A DNA stretch of 64,000 bases from an uncultured Bdellovibrionales bacterium. GTDB taxonomy: Bacteria > Patescibacteriota > Minisyncoccia > Moranbacterales > UBA9337. The notes under the pieces were generated by a model that saw only the letters and a program-made list of their open reading frames with translations, had not been told where the DNA came from and did no database searches. This document shows positions 8,942-18,143 of this stretch, one piece after another (position 1 is the stretch's first letter; each line of letters begins with the position of its first letter). Where the stretch lies: assembly GCA_964605525.1 (NCBI GenBank), contig CAZSCV010000001.1:172645-236644 (forward strand), read 5' to 3'. A program made the translations under genes and the position numbers.

Positions 8942-9925
8942 ATGTTAGCGAGAAATAAGTTAAAAATTTTAATTATTTTCGGATTATTCCTTGGTTTTGT
9001 CTTTAGCGCCAAGGCATTTTTTTTCGATGATGAAGTGATACGGGGGGATGAAAATGGCAGAAAAAAAATAACAGTAAATGATGACGGAATAATTTTCGAT
9101 GTGTATACGCAAAAAAAAACGGTGGAAGATTTTTTGGCAGAGCAAAAAATGGAAATTAAAGCCGGTGATCAAGTTATTCCGGACATTAAAGCGGTTCTTT
9201 TTTCCAATTCCAAGATTTCCATTGCAAGGTCAAAAAAAGTTATTGTAAATGATGAAAATAAGGAAAGTGAATATATGACGATTTTTTCCGATATGGATAA
9301 GTTTTTTTCTGAAAATGGAATCAAGTTGGCAGAATTTGACATTGTTAATCCTTTGACTTCAAGTCCGGTTTTTGACGGGATGAAAATTGAAATAACTCGG
9401 GTTGAAGTTAAACAGGAAGTCGAAAATGAACCTATTAAATTTAAAACAATTACTGAAAAAGATGAGGATATGGGATGGAGAAAAGAAGAGGTTGTGCAAA
9501 AAGGGAAAAATGGAGTGAAAAAAGTTGAATATGAGGTGGTGTATCACAATGGAAAGGAAATTTCCCGAAAAATTAAAAATACTGAAATCGTCCAAGAACC
9601 GGTGGAAGAAATTGTCAAAAAGGGGACGTTTGTAAAAATTGGAAAAGTGCATACAGGAGCGGCAAGTTGGTACGCCCAGCCTGCGCGGCTAAAATCCATA
9701 TTTCCTTCGCTTACCGGGTATTACGCGGCCAATCCTTGGCTTCCGAAGGGAAGTTATGTTAAGGTAATCAGTAAAGATAACGGGAAATCGATAATTGTTC
9801 GGATTAATGATGTTGGACCATTTGGTCCGGGAAGAATAATTGATTTGGATAAATCGGCATTTTCCGTGATTGCTTCGCTTGGAGCCGGAGTGGCGGATGT
9901 TAAAATGGAAGAAATACTTAATTAA
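8942..9925 (+). CDS. G5-domain cell wall protein with C-terminal RlpA-like DPBB domain (YabE/RpfB-like architecture)
   Basis: N-terminal TM, DUF348-like segments, G5 (VVQKGKNG...IVKKGT), GAASWY...VRINDVGP...RIIDL; upstream of rsmA. Confidence 0.85.
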   Translation: MLARNKLKILIIFGLFLGFVFSAKAFFFDDEVIRGDENGRKKITVNDDGIIFDVYTQKKTVEDFLAEQKMEIKAGDQVIPDIKAVLFSNSKISIARSKKVIVNDENKESEYMTIFSDMDKFFSENGIKLAEFDIVNPLTSSPVFDGMKIEITRVEVKQEVENEPIKFKTITEKDEDMGWRKEEVVQKGKNGVKKVEYEVVYHNGKEISRKIKNTEIVQEPVEEIVKKGTFVKIGKVHTGAASWYAQPARLKSIFPSLTGYYAANPWLPKGSYVKVISKDNGKSIIVRINDVGPFGPGRIIDLDKSAFSVIASLGAGVADVKMEEILN

Positions 9926-10080
9926 TTTAAGACCTGTGCATTTGGATAATTTTCGTATGGTTTTCCAGGAAAATATTTTTTTCTCCGGTCCTTTCGAGGG
10001 ACACGGACAGCTATGAAAAAAACATTTTTCCGGAAAACCGAAAGTTTTGTTATTCAATCAGGTGAGTCTTGTATATTAAT
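9921..10080 (+). other. Long intergenic rod-like hairpin, candidate structured RNA
   Basis: Nested complementary blocks aagac/gtctt, cctg/cagg, ttggataat/gttattcaa, tttcg/cgaaa, ggttttcc/ggaaaacc. Confidence 0.45.
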
Positions 10081-10089
10081 TTAAAAATT

Positions 10090-10956
10090 ATGCCAGTTAA
10101 GCTCGGTCAAAATTTTTTAAAGGATGAGAGTGTTGTGGAAAAAATTATTAAAGCGGCAAACTTGAAAAGTGATGATGTGGTTTTGGAAGTGGGACCAGGA
10201 AAAGGGGTGTTGACTAAGGAGTTTGCTCGATTATCCAAGAAAGTGATTGCAGTAGAAAAAGATGAAGAATTGGTGAAAATGACAGCTGGCAATTTTCAAT
10301 TTTCAATTTTTCCTCCAAAGGCGGACCAGCCCGGGGCTGGCAATTTTCAATCAATTTCCAATGATTTAAGTTTAAATTTTAAAAATAATGTTGTCATCAT
10401 TTCAGGTGATATCCTGGAAATAAATCTGGATAAATTGCTAGAAGCTAATAATGTTGTAAACTACAAGGTGGTTGCCAATATCCCGTATTACATCACTTCA
10501 AAAATTATCCGTTTGTTTTTGGAAAGCGAAAATCCGCCGAGTGAGATGATTTTGATGGTGCAAAAGGAAGTGGCGGAGCGGATTGTAGCAAATCCTGGAC
10601 AAATGAGTATTTTGGCGGTGAGTGTGCGATATTATGCCAAGGCCGAGTATCTTTTTACGGTCGGAAGGGAATCGTTTGATCCGGCGCCGGAAGTGGACAG
10701 TGCGGTCATAAAAATTTCAGGAATCAGGAATCAGGAAGAGGGAAGCAGGAATAATGAAGAGATAAAAAAGTTTTTTCGGATTGTGAAAGCGGGGTTTTCC
10801 GCCAAGAGAAAAACGTTGGCCAACAATCTTTCCAATAGTTTGCATAAAGATAAAAAAGAAATCGAAAGCATACTTTCGCAATTGGGATTTCTTCCAACAG
10901 TCCGGGCGCAGGAACTTTCAGTGAAAGATTGGAAAAAGCTTTCCAATATATTTTAA
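10090..10956 (+). CDS. rsmA: 16S rRNA adenine dimethyltransferase
   Basis: LGQNFL, VLEVGPGKGVLT, VVANIPYYITS, MVQKEVAERI, FDPAPEVDSAV; carries an in-frame repeat insertion. Confidence 0.95.
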   Translation: MPVKLGQNFLKDESVVEKIIKAANLKSDDVVLEVGPGKGVLTKEFARLSKKVIAVEKDEELVKMTAGNFQFSIFPPKADQPGAGNFQSISNDLSLNFKNNVVIISGDILEINLDKLLEANNVVNYKVVANIPYYITSKIIRLFLESENPPSEMILMVQKEVAERIVANPGQMSILAVSVRYYAKAEYLFTVGRESFDPAPEVDSAVIKISGIRNQEEGSRNNEEIKKFFRIVKAGFSAKRKTLANNLSNSLHKDKKEIESILSQLGFLPTVRAQELSVKDWKKLSNIF

Positions 10957-11073
10957 ATAAATATTCTCAGATCCGAAATTAGCATAAAGAGTGCGTTTGC
11001 CATTAAGAAACGGGTTGTATGTAAATGGTAAATAATTATTTTGTCTTGTGAAGTTTTTTTATTTTTTTATAAA

Positions 11074-11110
11074 AAATCCCCGTCGGACCGGTTTGGTCGG
11101 ATGGGGATTT
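11074..11110. terminator. Hairpin terminator between convergent rsmA and methyltransferase genes
   Basis: aaatcccc...ggggattt stem with an adjacent A/T run. Confidence 0.6.
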
Positions 11111-11135
11111 AAGACATTCTTCCTAGAAGAATATC

Positions 11136-11891
11136 TTACATTTTTGTTTTTCTTGCAACAATTTGGAAAAAGCACGGTTTGCCGACTCTGCCTTTTTGTT
11201 TGCAATCATCCAGGGCATCTTGTGTTAGGTATTTGTCTTGCGTATGTTCAATAACAAATCCTGCCTTCAAGAGCGATTCCAAAAGGAATTTTTTTGGATG
11301 ACGCCAAACATCAATCACAAATTCATCACCTTCCTTGTCTTGATACATTTCTTTGAAGCGTTGACTTTTGCTCCGATGTTTCTTTTCGAGCGGTTGGAAA
11401 TTTACCCAATATGACTTTGAACGATGGGTGTAGTAAAGATTCGGATGAGTTATGCTAATCACTAGCTTTCCATTCGGGCGCAGCATTTCATATGCTGCTA
11501 GAAAAAAACTCAAGCATCCATCGGGTGAGAGGTGCATAAGTACGGATATGCAAGAAATGGTATCAAAGTAATTGTCGGAAAAATAGCTGGCAGTTATATC
11601 ACATACAATATACCTAGAAATTGCTATTCCTACGGGATTATCAGTTTCTTCTTTTCTGGCTTGTCGAATCATGTCAACATTCGAATCGCAGCCATAAACC
11701 TTTGCTCCTGCCTTGGCTAGCCTTCTGGTTATAAAGCCAGCTCCGCACCCAGCATCAAGAATTAGCTCTCCCTCTTGTGGGTTTATTAGTTGGATTGCAG
11801 ACATTCTTCCAATAATATCACCAATCGTCATTAATGAGTCTCCTTTTTTTGTCCAAAAACCGATATTTGATCCATATTCCTGCTTATTCAT
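11136..11891 (-). CDS. Class I SAM-dependent methyltransferase
   Basis: ILDAGCGAG, FDTISCISVLMHL, LRPNGKLVI. Confidence 0.9.
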   Translation of the reverse strand: MNKQEYGSNIGFWTKKGDSLMTIGDIIGRMSAIQLINPQEGELILDAGCGAGFITRRLAKAGAKVYGCDSNVDMIRQARKEETDNPVGIAISRYIVCDITASYFSDNYFDTISCISVLMHLSPDGCLSFFLAAYEMLRPNGKLVISITHPNLYYTHRSKSYWVNFQPLEKKHRSKSQRFKEMYQDKEGDEFVIDVWRHPKKFLLESLLKAGFVIEHTQDKYLTQDALDDCKQKGRVGKPCFFQIVARKTKM

Positions 11892-11993
11892 AGTAACTCT
11901 CCTTTTTTGTTTCCTTCTTTGAAACCGCTTTTGAAAAACGATTTTGGAAAGAAAATAATGATAAGAGAAATATTTTTTTTCGCTAAGAAAATT

Positions 11994-12233
11994 TTAGCGG
12001 TAAATTTTACGAATTATTTCTCTAGAATCATTGCTGAGTTCAAAATTGTCATGTTGTCCAATATTGAAACCAGATACAGTCAGTACTGCATGAATAGCTA
12101 CCACACAACCTTTGCCTCTGGCGCATACTGCAGCTATAATTTTTTCTGGAAAAACATCCTTAGAACCTCCTGGAGCATAAACTCCAGAAATTGCCGTTAT
12201 TGCAGCAACTGCATCTTCTCTGTTTAAACGCAT
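11994..12233 (-). CDS. Small hypothetical protein
   Basis: 79-aa ORF with an AAGGAG SD, co-oriented upstream of the methyltransferase. Confidence 0.55.
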   Translation of the reverse strand: MRLNREDAVAAITAISGVYAPGGSKDVFPEKIIAAVCARGKGCVVAIHAVLTVSGFNIGQHDNFELSNDSREIIRKIYR

Positions 12234-12451
12234 AATCTTTTCTCCTTATGTTTTGTTGTAAAAGAATAAGTTAAGATAAGATTTTATCTTAACGACTTAC
12301 TATATATCAAAATAAAAAAAATATCAATGATTATGCCAATATCGCTTTTTTGTATTTTGATAAATTGGCAATATTCCGCTCATATATTGACTTTTCGGTG
12401 ATTATTTGCTATGCTAAAAACGATGACATAAGTGTTGACAAAAATAATAAT

Positions 12452-13180
12452 ATGTTTGAAAAAGAACTTGAAAAAGCGGGACTGACCGATAAAGAAGCCA
12501 AGGTGTATTTGGCGGTTTTGGAATTGGGAGAGGCTAATATTGCCAGAATTGCGAAAAAATCCAAGGTAAAAAGAGCCACTGTTTATTTGGCCGTGGAATC
12601 TTTAAAAGAAAAAGGATTGATTAGCGCGGCTAAAAGGGAAAATAAGATTTATTACTATGCCGAAGACCCGAGGGTGATTCAGAAACAACTTGAAGAAAAA
12701 AAAGAATCAATTTCCAAAATCATGCCGGATCTTCTGGCCTCTTTTGCTTTTTTGGATAAAAAGCCAAGTATCCGATATTTCGAAGGAAAAAATGGAATCA
12801 AGCAGGTTTTCGAAGATATGCTTAATTATCCGAATCGAGAGATTTTAGCGATGTTTACCGAGCAGCACTTAGATTTCGGAGATAATTTTTTTTACGAATA
12901 TTTCATTCCGGAGCGCAAAAAAAGAAAAATTTGGGTGCGCTCTATTTTTCCCGATAATGTTCAAATGAGAGATTTTCAAAAAAATGACCCTAATCATCTT
13001 CGGCAATCAAAATTAATTTCCAGCAATAAGTTTACTTTAAAAACTGAAATAGTTATTTATGGTAAAAATAAAATTGGAATCTTGTCTTTTAATGAGGAGT
13101 TGGGTCTTATAATCGAAAGCCAAGACATACACGATTCGCTCAAGGGAATTTTTGAGGTGATGTGGGATGGATTGGGGTAA
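12452..13180 (+). CDS. TrmB-family transcriptional regulator
   Basis: GLTDKEAKVYLAVLELGEA...IAKKSKVKRATVY...LKEKGLI wHTH; KPSIRYFEGKNGI; start placed at ATG 12452. Confidence 0.9.
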   Translation: MFEKELEKAGLTDKEAKVYLAVLELGEANIARIAKKSKVKRATVYLAVESLKEKGLISAAKRENKIYYYAEDPRVIQKQLEEKKESISKIMPDLLASFAFLDKKPSIRYFEGKNGIKQVFEDMLNYPNREILAMFTEQHLDFGDNFFYEYFIPERKKRKIWVRSIFPDNVQMRDFQKNDPNHLRQSKLISSNKFTLKTEIVIYGKNKIGILSFNEELGLIIESQDIHDSLKGIFEVMWDGLG

Positions 13181-13216
13181 TGCAATTTTTTTGCGTAGAA
13201 GTTGTTTAGGCGGTTT

Positions 13217-13969
13217 TTATTTGAGCAAGCTCCAAATCAGATCGAATTTGTTTTTTTCGCTGTTGGCGATTTCTTCGCTTTCAATTTTGACAGCCATCAA
13301 TTCTTTTTTGGAGGTGAAAATAGCGACGGTGTTTTGGTATATCAAAACATGCGTCGAGTCGGTGTAATTTTCCGGCAGGAATTTTATTTCCCGCAGTTCT
13401 TGATTATTTTTCTCGGATGTAAAAATAGTTGAAGGAAAAAATTCCGTAATTTCTTTTTTGAAATATAGCGCTTTAATTTGAATATTATTTTTTATTCTTT
13501 CTGGCATGTAATGATCATGGTCATATTCTTGCCCGACTATTTCGTAAATTTTTTGGAGCGATCCAATACTTCTGACAACTGAGCCGGGTTTTTTCAGGGA
13601 TTCATTGGCGATTGCAATGTATCCTTCTTTTCCTTCATAAACAGTTACTTTTGGGTTGAATTGGGATTTCTTTTGAATAGCTTTCAATTCCGGAATAATT
13701 TCATTTATTTCAGATAATTTCTTTTTGGCTTGTTCCGCCAAAAGCGAAGGAGAAGAGGCGACAAAGCGCATTCCGTCGGGCAATTTGAAGTTACCCATTA
13801 AGCCTTTTTCGGATAAGTTTTTGGCGATAAGATAGGCTGAACTTCTTTTGATGCCGGCATCTTTGGCGATTCTTGCCAGAGGCGCTTCACCTAATTTCAA
13901 ACCAGCCAAATACAACCGCGTTTCTTCATCGCTAAGGCCATAATTTTTCAAAACCTGATTAGTATTCAT
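13217..13969 (-). CDS. TrmB-family transcriptional regulator
   Basis: GLSDEETRLYLAGLKLGEA...IAKDAGIKRSSAY; PKVTVYEGKEG. Confidence 0.9.
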   Translation of the reverse strand: MNTNQVLKNYGLSDEETRLYLAGLKLGEAPLARIAKDAGIKRSSAYLIAKNLSEKGLMGNFKLPDGMRFVASSPSLLAEQAKKKLSEINEIIPELKAIQKKSQFNPKVTVYEGKEGYIAIANESLKKPGSVVRSIGSLQKIYEIVGQEYDHDHYMPERIKNNIQIKALYFKKEITEFFPSTIFTSEKNNQELREIKFLPENYTDSTHVLIYQNTVAIFTSKKELMAVKIESEEIANSEKNKFDLIWSLLK

Positions 13970-14173
13970 AGTGTTGTTATTTATGACAACAGTATATTAC
14001 ATATCAATTATATGGTCAATAGAGGCTTGAATTAAAGAAAATCTGGATTATAAATTTAAAATCCGAGGTCGTATTTTAGGACATACTGTTGATTAATAAA
14101 TAATAACCTGTCATTATGTACTGTTGATATGAAAAGTAGTTATTTAAAAAATTAAATAATTCAGGAGGAAAAA

Positions 14174-15280
14174 ATGACACATTATATAGAAGATGGCAGA
14201 GAAAATTTAGGGGTGGCATATTTCTCCCTGATGAGGGAGATTTCAGGAGCCGTTCACGAAAAAATTTTAAGCTATATTGAAGATGGAGAGCAGTACAAAA
14301 CTGAAGATTTGCGGAATGAATTGATGGATATTCCGAAGGCAAGAGCGGGAAAAAATATTATGCGGTCCGCGCTGACTTTGTTGATGTATCGACTTAACGG
14401 AGGAGTCGGCACTATTTTGGAAATTCTTCCCGCACTGGCAGTTTCGGAACTTAATAATGTTAATGCCTATTTGGATAATATTGTATTTGATGACAAGAAA
14501 GGCATTTGGCGGGGCGGGAATACTCGGCGCAGAATAAGCGGAATCACCATTGCCTCTGGAATTTTCCGGGAATTGACAGAAAAAGCAGTATTGGATATCC
14601 CAACTTCGGATGTTAATAAGGTTGCGGTACTGTCATCTCTTTGCGAATGTATGAAAAAATCATATCTAGGTCAATATGTAGATATGAAAATAGGGATTGC
14701 TGAAGTCGATTTTTTTGAGAATGACCAATCTTATTTTGATTGGTATGTGGAAAAATCGGAACTGCAAAGCGGATTCCTTTATGGTTTTTCCGCTAAACTT
14801 GGTGCGATATTGGCTGGTGTCGACGGAGATCAGATAGAAAAGTCCGAGGAAATAGGAAAAATTATCGGACTAGGAGTTCATGTGAGCAATGACCTTGGAG
14901 ATTTCGCAATATTAAGTCAACAAGAAGAATCAACCGGATTTAAAAAACCCCAAGATCAGATGGCCGATCTCATAAATGGGCGATTGACCTTCCCAATTTA
15001 TCATATATTAAAATATGGTTCTTCTCAGGAAAGGAATATTATTCTGGATATGGTTGGAAACAACCACGCTACGCAGAAAGAATTGTTGGAAGTTATTGGT
15101 GTCGTCCATTCCTCCGGAGCTTTTGATTTTGGGAAAAAGTTCATTCGAGAGTATTATAAAAAAGCTCGAAAACTTATCAATAGCTCTTTTCCTGCCAGTC
15201 GGGAACGGGGAATGTTGAAAGCGATGACTTCAGTTATTGTTTCAAATAAATTCCTGTCAGCATTGAGGGATCAAAAATGA
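14174..15280 (+). CDS. Polyprenyl synthetase family protein (divergent)
   Basis: AGKNIMR, degenerate first Asp-rich motif LDNIVFDD, GQYVDM, second motif NDLGD, DLINGRLTFP. Confidence 0.8.
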   Translation: MTHYIEDGRENLGVAYFSLMREISGAVHEKILSYIEDGEQYKTEDLRNELMDIPKARAGKNIMRSALTLLMYRLNGGVGTILEILPALAVSELNNVNAYLDNIVFDDKKGIWRGGNTRRRISGITIASGIFRELTEKAVLDIPTSDVNKVAVLSSLCECMKKSYLGQYVDMKIGIAEVDFFENDQSYFDWYVEKSELQSGFLYGFSAKLGAILAGVDGDQIEKSEEIGKIIGLGVHVSNDLGDFAILSQQEESTGFKKPQDQMADLINGRLTFPIYHILKYGSSQERNIILDMVGNNHATQKELLEVIGVVHSSGAFDFGKKFIREYYKKARKLINSSFPASRERGMLKAMTSVIVSNKFLSALRDQK

Positions 15281-15307
15281 TGTAAAATATAGGAGCAAGT
15301 GTGCATT

Positions 15308-15345
15308 CCGGGGATTTGCGAATTTTTGCAGACCCCGGTTTTTTT
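15308..15345. terminator. Intrinsic terminator between convergent genes
   Basis: ccggggatttgc...gcagaccccgg followed by a T-run. Confidence 0.65.
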
Positions 15346-17005
15346 ATTGGATAAAAATAATTTTTATCAATATTGCTCCATAAAAAATCAAAGGAGCCAT
15401 AATCCACCAGGGGAGGTTGCGGTGGGTTATTTTTTTTGTTTCATCCGATGAAGAATAATTCACAATCCAAAAAGAAATTCCGCCAAACAAAATTGCCCAC
15501 CAAAACAAGCGCGATTCATTGAGAAAAAAAACGCTTGAGATATAGGAAATCAAAATTCCGCTTCCAACAACAATTTTTCCCCAATATTCTCCAAAAACAA
15601 CCGGAATTGTAAAAACTCTGTCATTTCTGTCGCCCTCGATATCTTTGAAATCTTTAATTGGCAGAGAAAGCGTGAAAGAAATTAAAAGAAGCCAGATTAT
15701 TTCCGATGGAAGGCGGGAAATGTTTTGTTCGGGGGCAACCAGAATAAATCCGGAAAATAAAATTATAAGCGAAGCTAGCGCGCTTACAGCGGTAGAAATG
15801 AAAGCAAAACGCTTGAGGCGCAAAGGAAAAGCGGAATATATCCATGCAATGGCTTGGTAAGCAATTAGAAGAAGAGAAATTTTAAAGTCGACAATCGCGG
15901 AAAAAAATATGGAGACAATAAAAAGAGTAATTCCAATAGATAAATATTGTTGCAAGGAAAAAATGCCTTTTGCAAGTGGACGATTTGAATTTGAGATGGT
16001 ATCAATTTTTTGGTCGAAAATATCATTAAAAACAACTGAAGCTGTCCATGCAAACGATACGGAAAGTAAAAGTAAAATTAGAGAAAAAATGTTGAAAAAA
16101 GAAAAAAACAAAATCGGTTTTGTAAAAATAATTCCCAAACCTATTCCGAAAATAAACAATCCGGAGTGGTAAAATATTTGTGGCAGGCGAATGTTACGCA
16201 AAAAAGACACAAATTTGTGCTTGTTTGCGTGAAAGTAGAATATTGAAATGACGGCAATCAGCAAGAGCGAATATATGATGCTCATTTTTATATTCAAGGC
16301 ATTGATCAGTTCAGTGTTGTTGGTCGAAAAAATATTTGTCGGAGTTAAAAACATCTGAGCGATATCGGTAGAATTTATATCGGAAAATCCCCGTAGCCAT
16401 CCTTGTGTTGCGATTGTAATCCACGAAGGGAATGTTCCGAGAATAAAAAAAGCTGCATAGGAAGATAGGGTTAGAAAAAAGGATTTCAGTATTTTTTTAG
16501 TCTTCGTAAGACCATAAATAAAAATGAAAAATAATGAAAGAGCTACTTCAATTCTGACTCCGTAGGTAATTCCCATTCGAGGATTGTCGCCAAAAAAAGT
16601 GAAAAATCTTTGCGTCATCCCATATAGGCCGTCAAAAATATAGAAACTCCAAAAACCTTGCCCATTGGAAATTACATAATCTATTATTGGCGGAGTTAAT
16701 AATATCAAGAATCCCCACGATAAAATATTGGTTATTTTTTTAATTTCAATTGGAATAAATATTTTTATTATCCAAATAAATATTAAAAAGGAGGTCAAGA
16801 AAAACAAAAAAGTGTGTGTGAATTCGAAAAACAAAAAATTTCCAGAAGCGCTGGCGAATCCGTGTAAAAAAGCTTCCGTGAAAAGACGAAGAGTAATTAA
16901 AGAGAAGAAAAAAACAGAAAAACCCGATATGTTTATTTGCGCGTTCTCAACGCTGGTTATTATCTTTTCAACTTGTTTTAGCATATTTTTACTTAAAACT
17001 AGCAT
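15344..17005 (-). CDS. UbiA-family prenyltransferase with extra N-terminal membrane domain
   Basis: NDIFDQKIDTISNSNRPL, YSAFPLRLKR, KDFKDIEGD...TIPVVFG. Confidence 0.85.
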   Translation of the reverse strand: MLVLSKNMLKQVEKIITSVENAQINISGFSVFFFSLITLRLFTEAFLHGFASASGNFLFFEFTHTFLFFLTSFLIFIWIIKIFIPIEIKKITNILSWGFLILLTPPIIDYVISNGQGFWSFYIFDGLYGMTQRFFTFFGDNPRMGITYGVRIEVALSLFFIFIYGLTKTKKILKSFFLTLSSYAAFFILGTFPSWITIATQGWLRGFSDINSTDIAQMFLTPTNIFSTNNTELINALNIKMSIIYSLLLIAVISIFYFHANKHKFVSFLRNIRLPQIFYHSGLFIFGIGLGIIFTKPILFFSFFNIFSLILLLLSVSFAWTASVVFNDIFDQKIDTISNSNRPLAKGIFSLQQYLSIGITLFIVSIFFSAIVDFKISLLLIAYQAIAWIYSAFPLRLKRFAFISTAVSALASLIILFSGFILVAPEQNISRLPSEIIWLLLISFTLSLPIKDFKDIEGDRNDRVFTIPVVFGEYWGKIVVGSGILISYISSVFFLNESRLFWWAILFGGISFWIVNYSSSDETKKITHRNLPWWIMAPLIFYGAILIKIIFIQ

Positions 17006-17142
17006 TTATTTTTATATATGTCTAGGAATATAATTTTTTTTATGGTATAATTTTAGACGTGGAATATGTTATTTGCGTATATTTTGAATAGTGTTAAAAT
17101 AATAACAAACTGTGCAATAGTGCCATTTAAAATAAAATAAAA

Positions 17143-18132
17143 ATGAAATCAAAAAGCATTCTTTCGCCATTATTCGTATTTTTAATTGTTGTTTTTTTGA
17201 GTTTTTCATTTTTTGTTTTTGCGGATGATAACAAGGATGAAAAAAGCGTTCTCTTGGATTCGGATCAGGACGGGCTCAGTGATCAAGAAGAGAAATCTTA
17301 CGGAACTGATTCTAATAATGCTGATACTGACGGAGATAGTTACTCTGATGGGGTGGAATTGAAGGGTGGATATGATCCGCTTAAGCCCGCTCCTGGAGAT
17401 AAGATTATAAATAACAGCGATGGCACTGTTTTAGCGGAAGGCGTGGGCGGGGAGCAGGATCTTTCAGAAGATGAAAATCTAACCGATGAATTGTCAAAAA
17501 ATGTTGCCAATTTGATTTCTGACGCAAAGTTGAGCGGTGAAGATTTGAGTCTGGCGGATATTGATGAATTAGTTAATACTACGTTGACTTCCAAGGTATC
17601 GTTCGAGGATCTTCCTGATGTGGATGAGGATGAAATTAAAATAAAAAAACAAAATTATGATAAGTTAGATGAAGATGAACGGAAAGAAAAAGAGAATGAA
17701 GATACTCTGGAATATTTGACAGCTGTTTCTTATTTGGCGTTGGATAGTTTTCCTTATCAAATTTCAGAAGAAAAAGATTTAGAGAAATTTTCTCTTGATT
17801 TTGTTTCTCAGTTTTCTCTTTTTCTTTCCGCCTCTCCCGATAGCGAGGAATATTTCAATGATCTGGCGGAAAAAGGCGAAGATTTTCTGGATGCTTTGAG
17901 AGAAATAGAGGTTCCTGAAAATTTGCTAGAAAACCATATTAAGGGAATGCAATTGGCAAATTATGTTATTTCCATGAAAGGAGAGATGACGATTGACCAA
18001 GCCGACCCAATATCTTCGCTTGTCCAGTTGTCAAAAATTCAAGGGCTAATTACTTTAACGGAAGAATATGTGCAGGAAATGCATCTTTTATTCGTAGCCG
18101 CGGGGATATCTGAAATTCCTATAGAATTGTAA
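17143..18132 (+). CDS. Secreted acidic protein with TSP3-like Ca-binding repeats
   Basis: Signal peptide; DSDQDGLSDQEE...GTD...DTDGDSYSDGVE...GYDP. Confidence 0.75.
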   Translation: MKSKSILSPLFVFLIVVFLSFSFFVFADDNKDEKSVLLDSDQDGLSDQEEKSYGTDSNNADTDGDSYSDGVELKGGYDPLKPAPGDKIINNSDGTVLAEGVGGEQDLSEDENLTDELSKNVANLISDAKLSGEDLSLADIDELVNTTLTSKVSFEDLPDVDEDEIKIKKQNYDKLDEDERKEKENEDTLEYLTAVSYLALDSFPYQISEEKDLEKFSLDFVSQFSLFLSASPDSEEYFNDLAEKGEDFLDALREIEVPENLLENHIKGMQLANYVISMKGEMTIDQADPISSLVQLSKIQGLITLTEEYVQEMHLLFVAAGISEIPIEL

Positions 18133-18143
18133 AATAAAAATAA

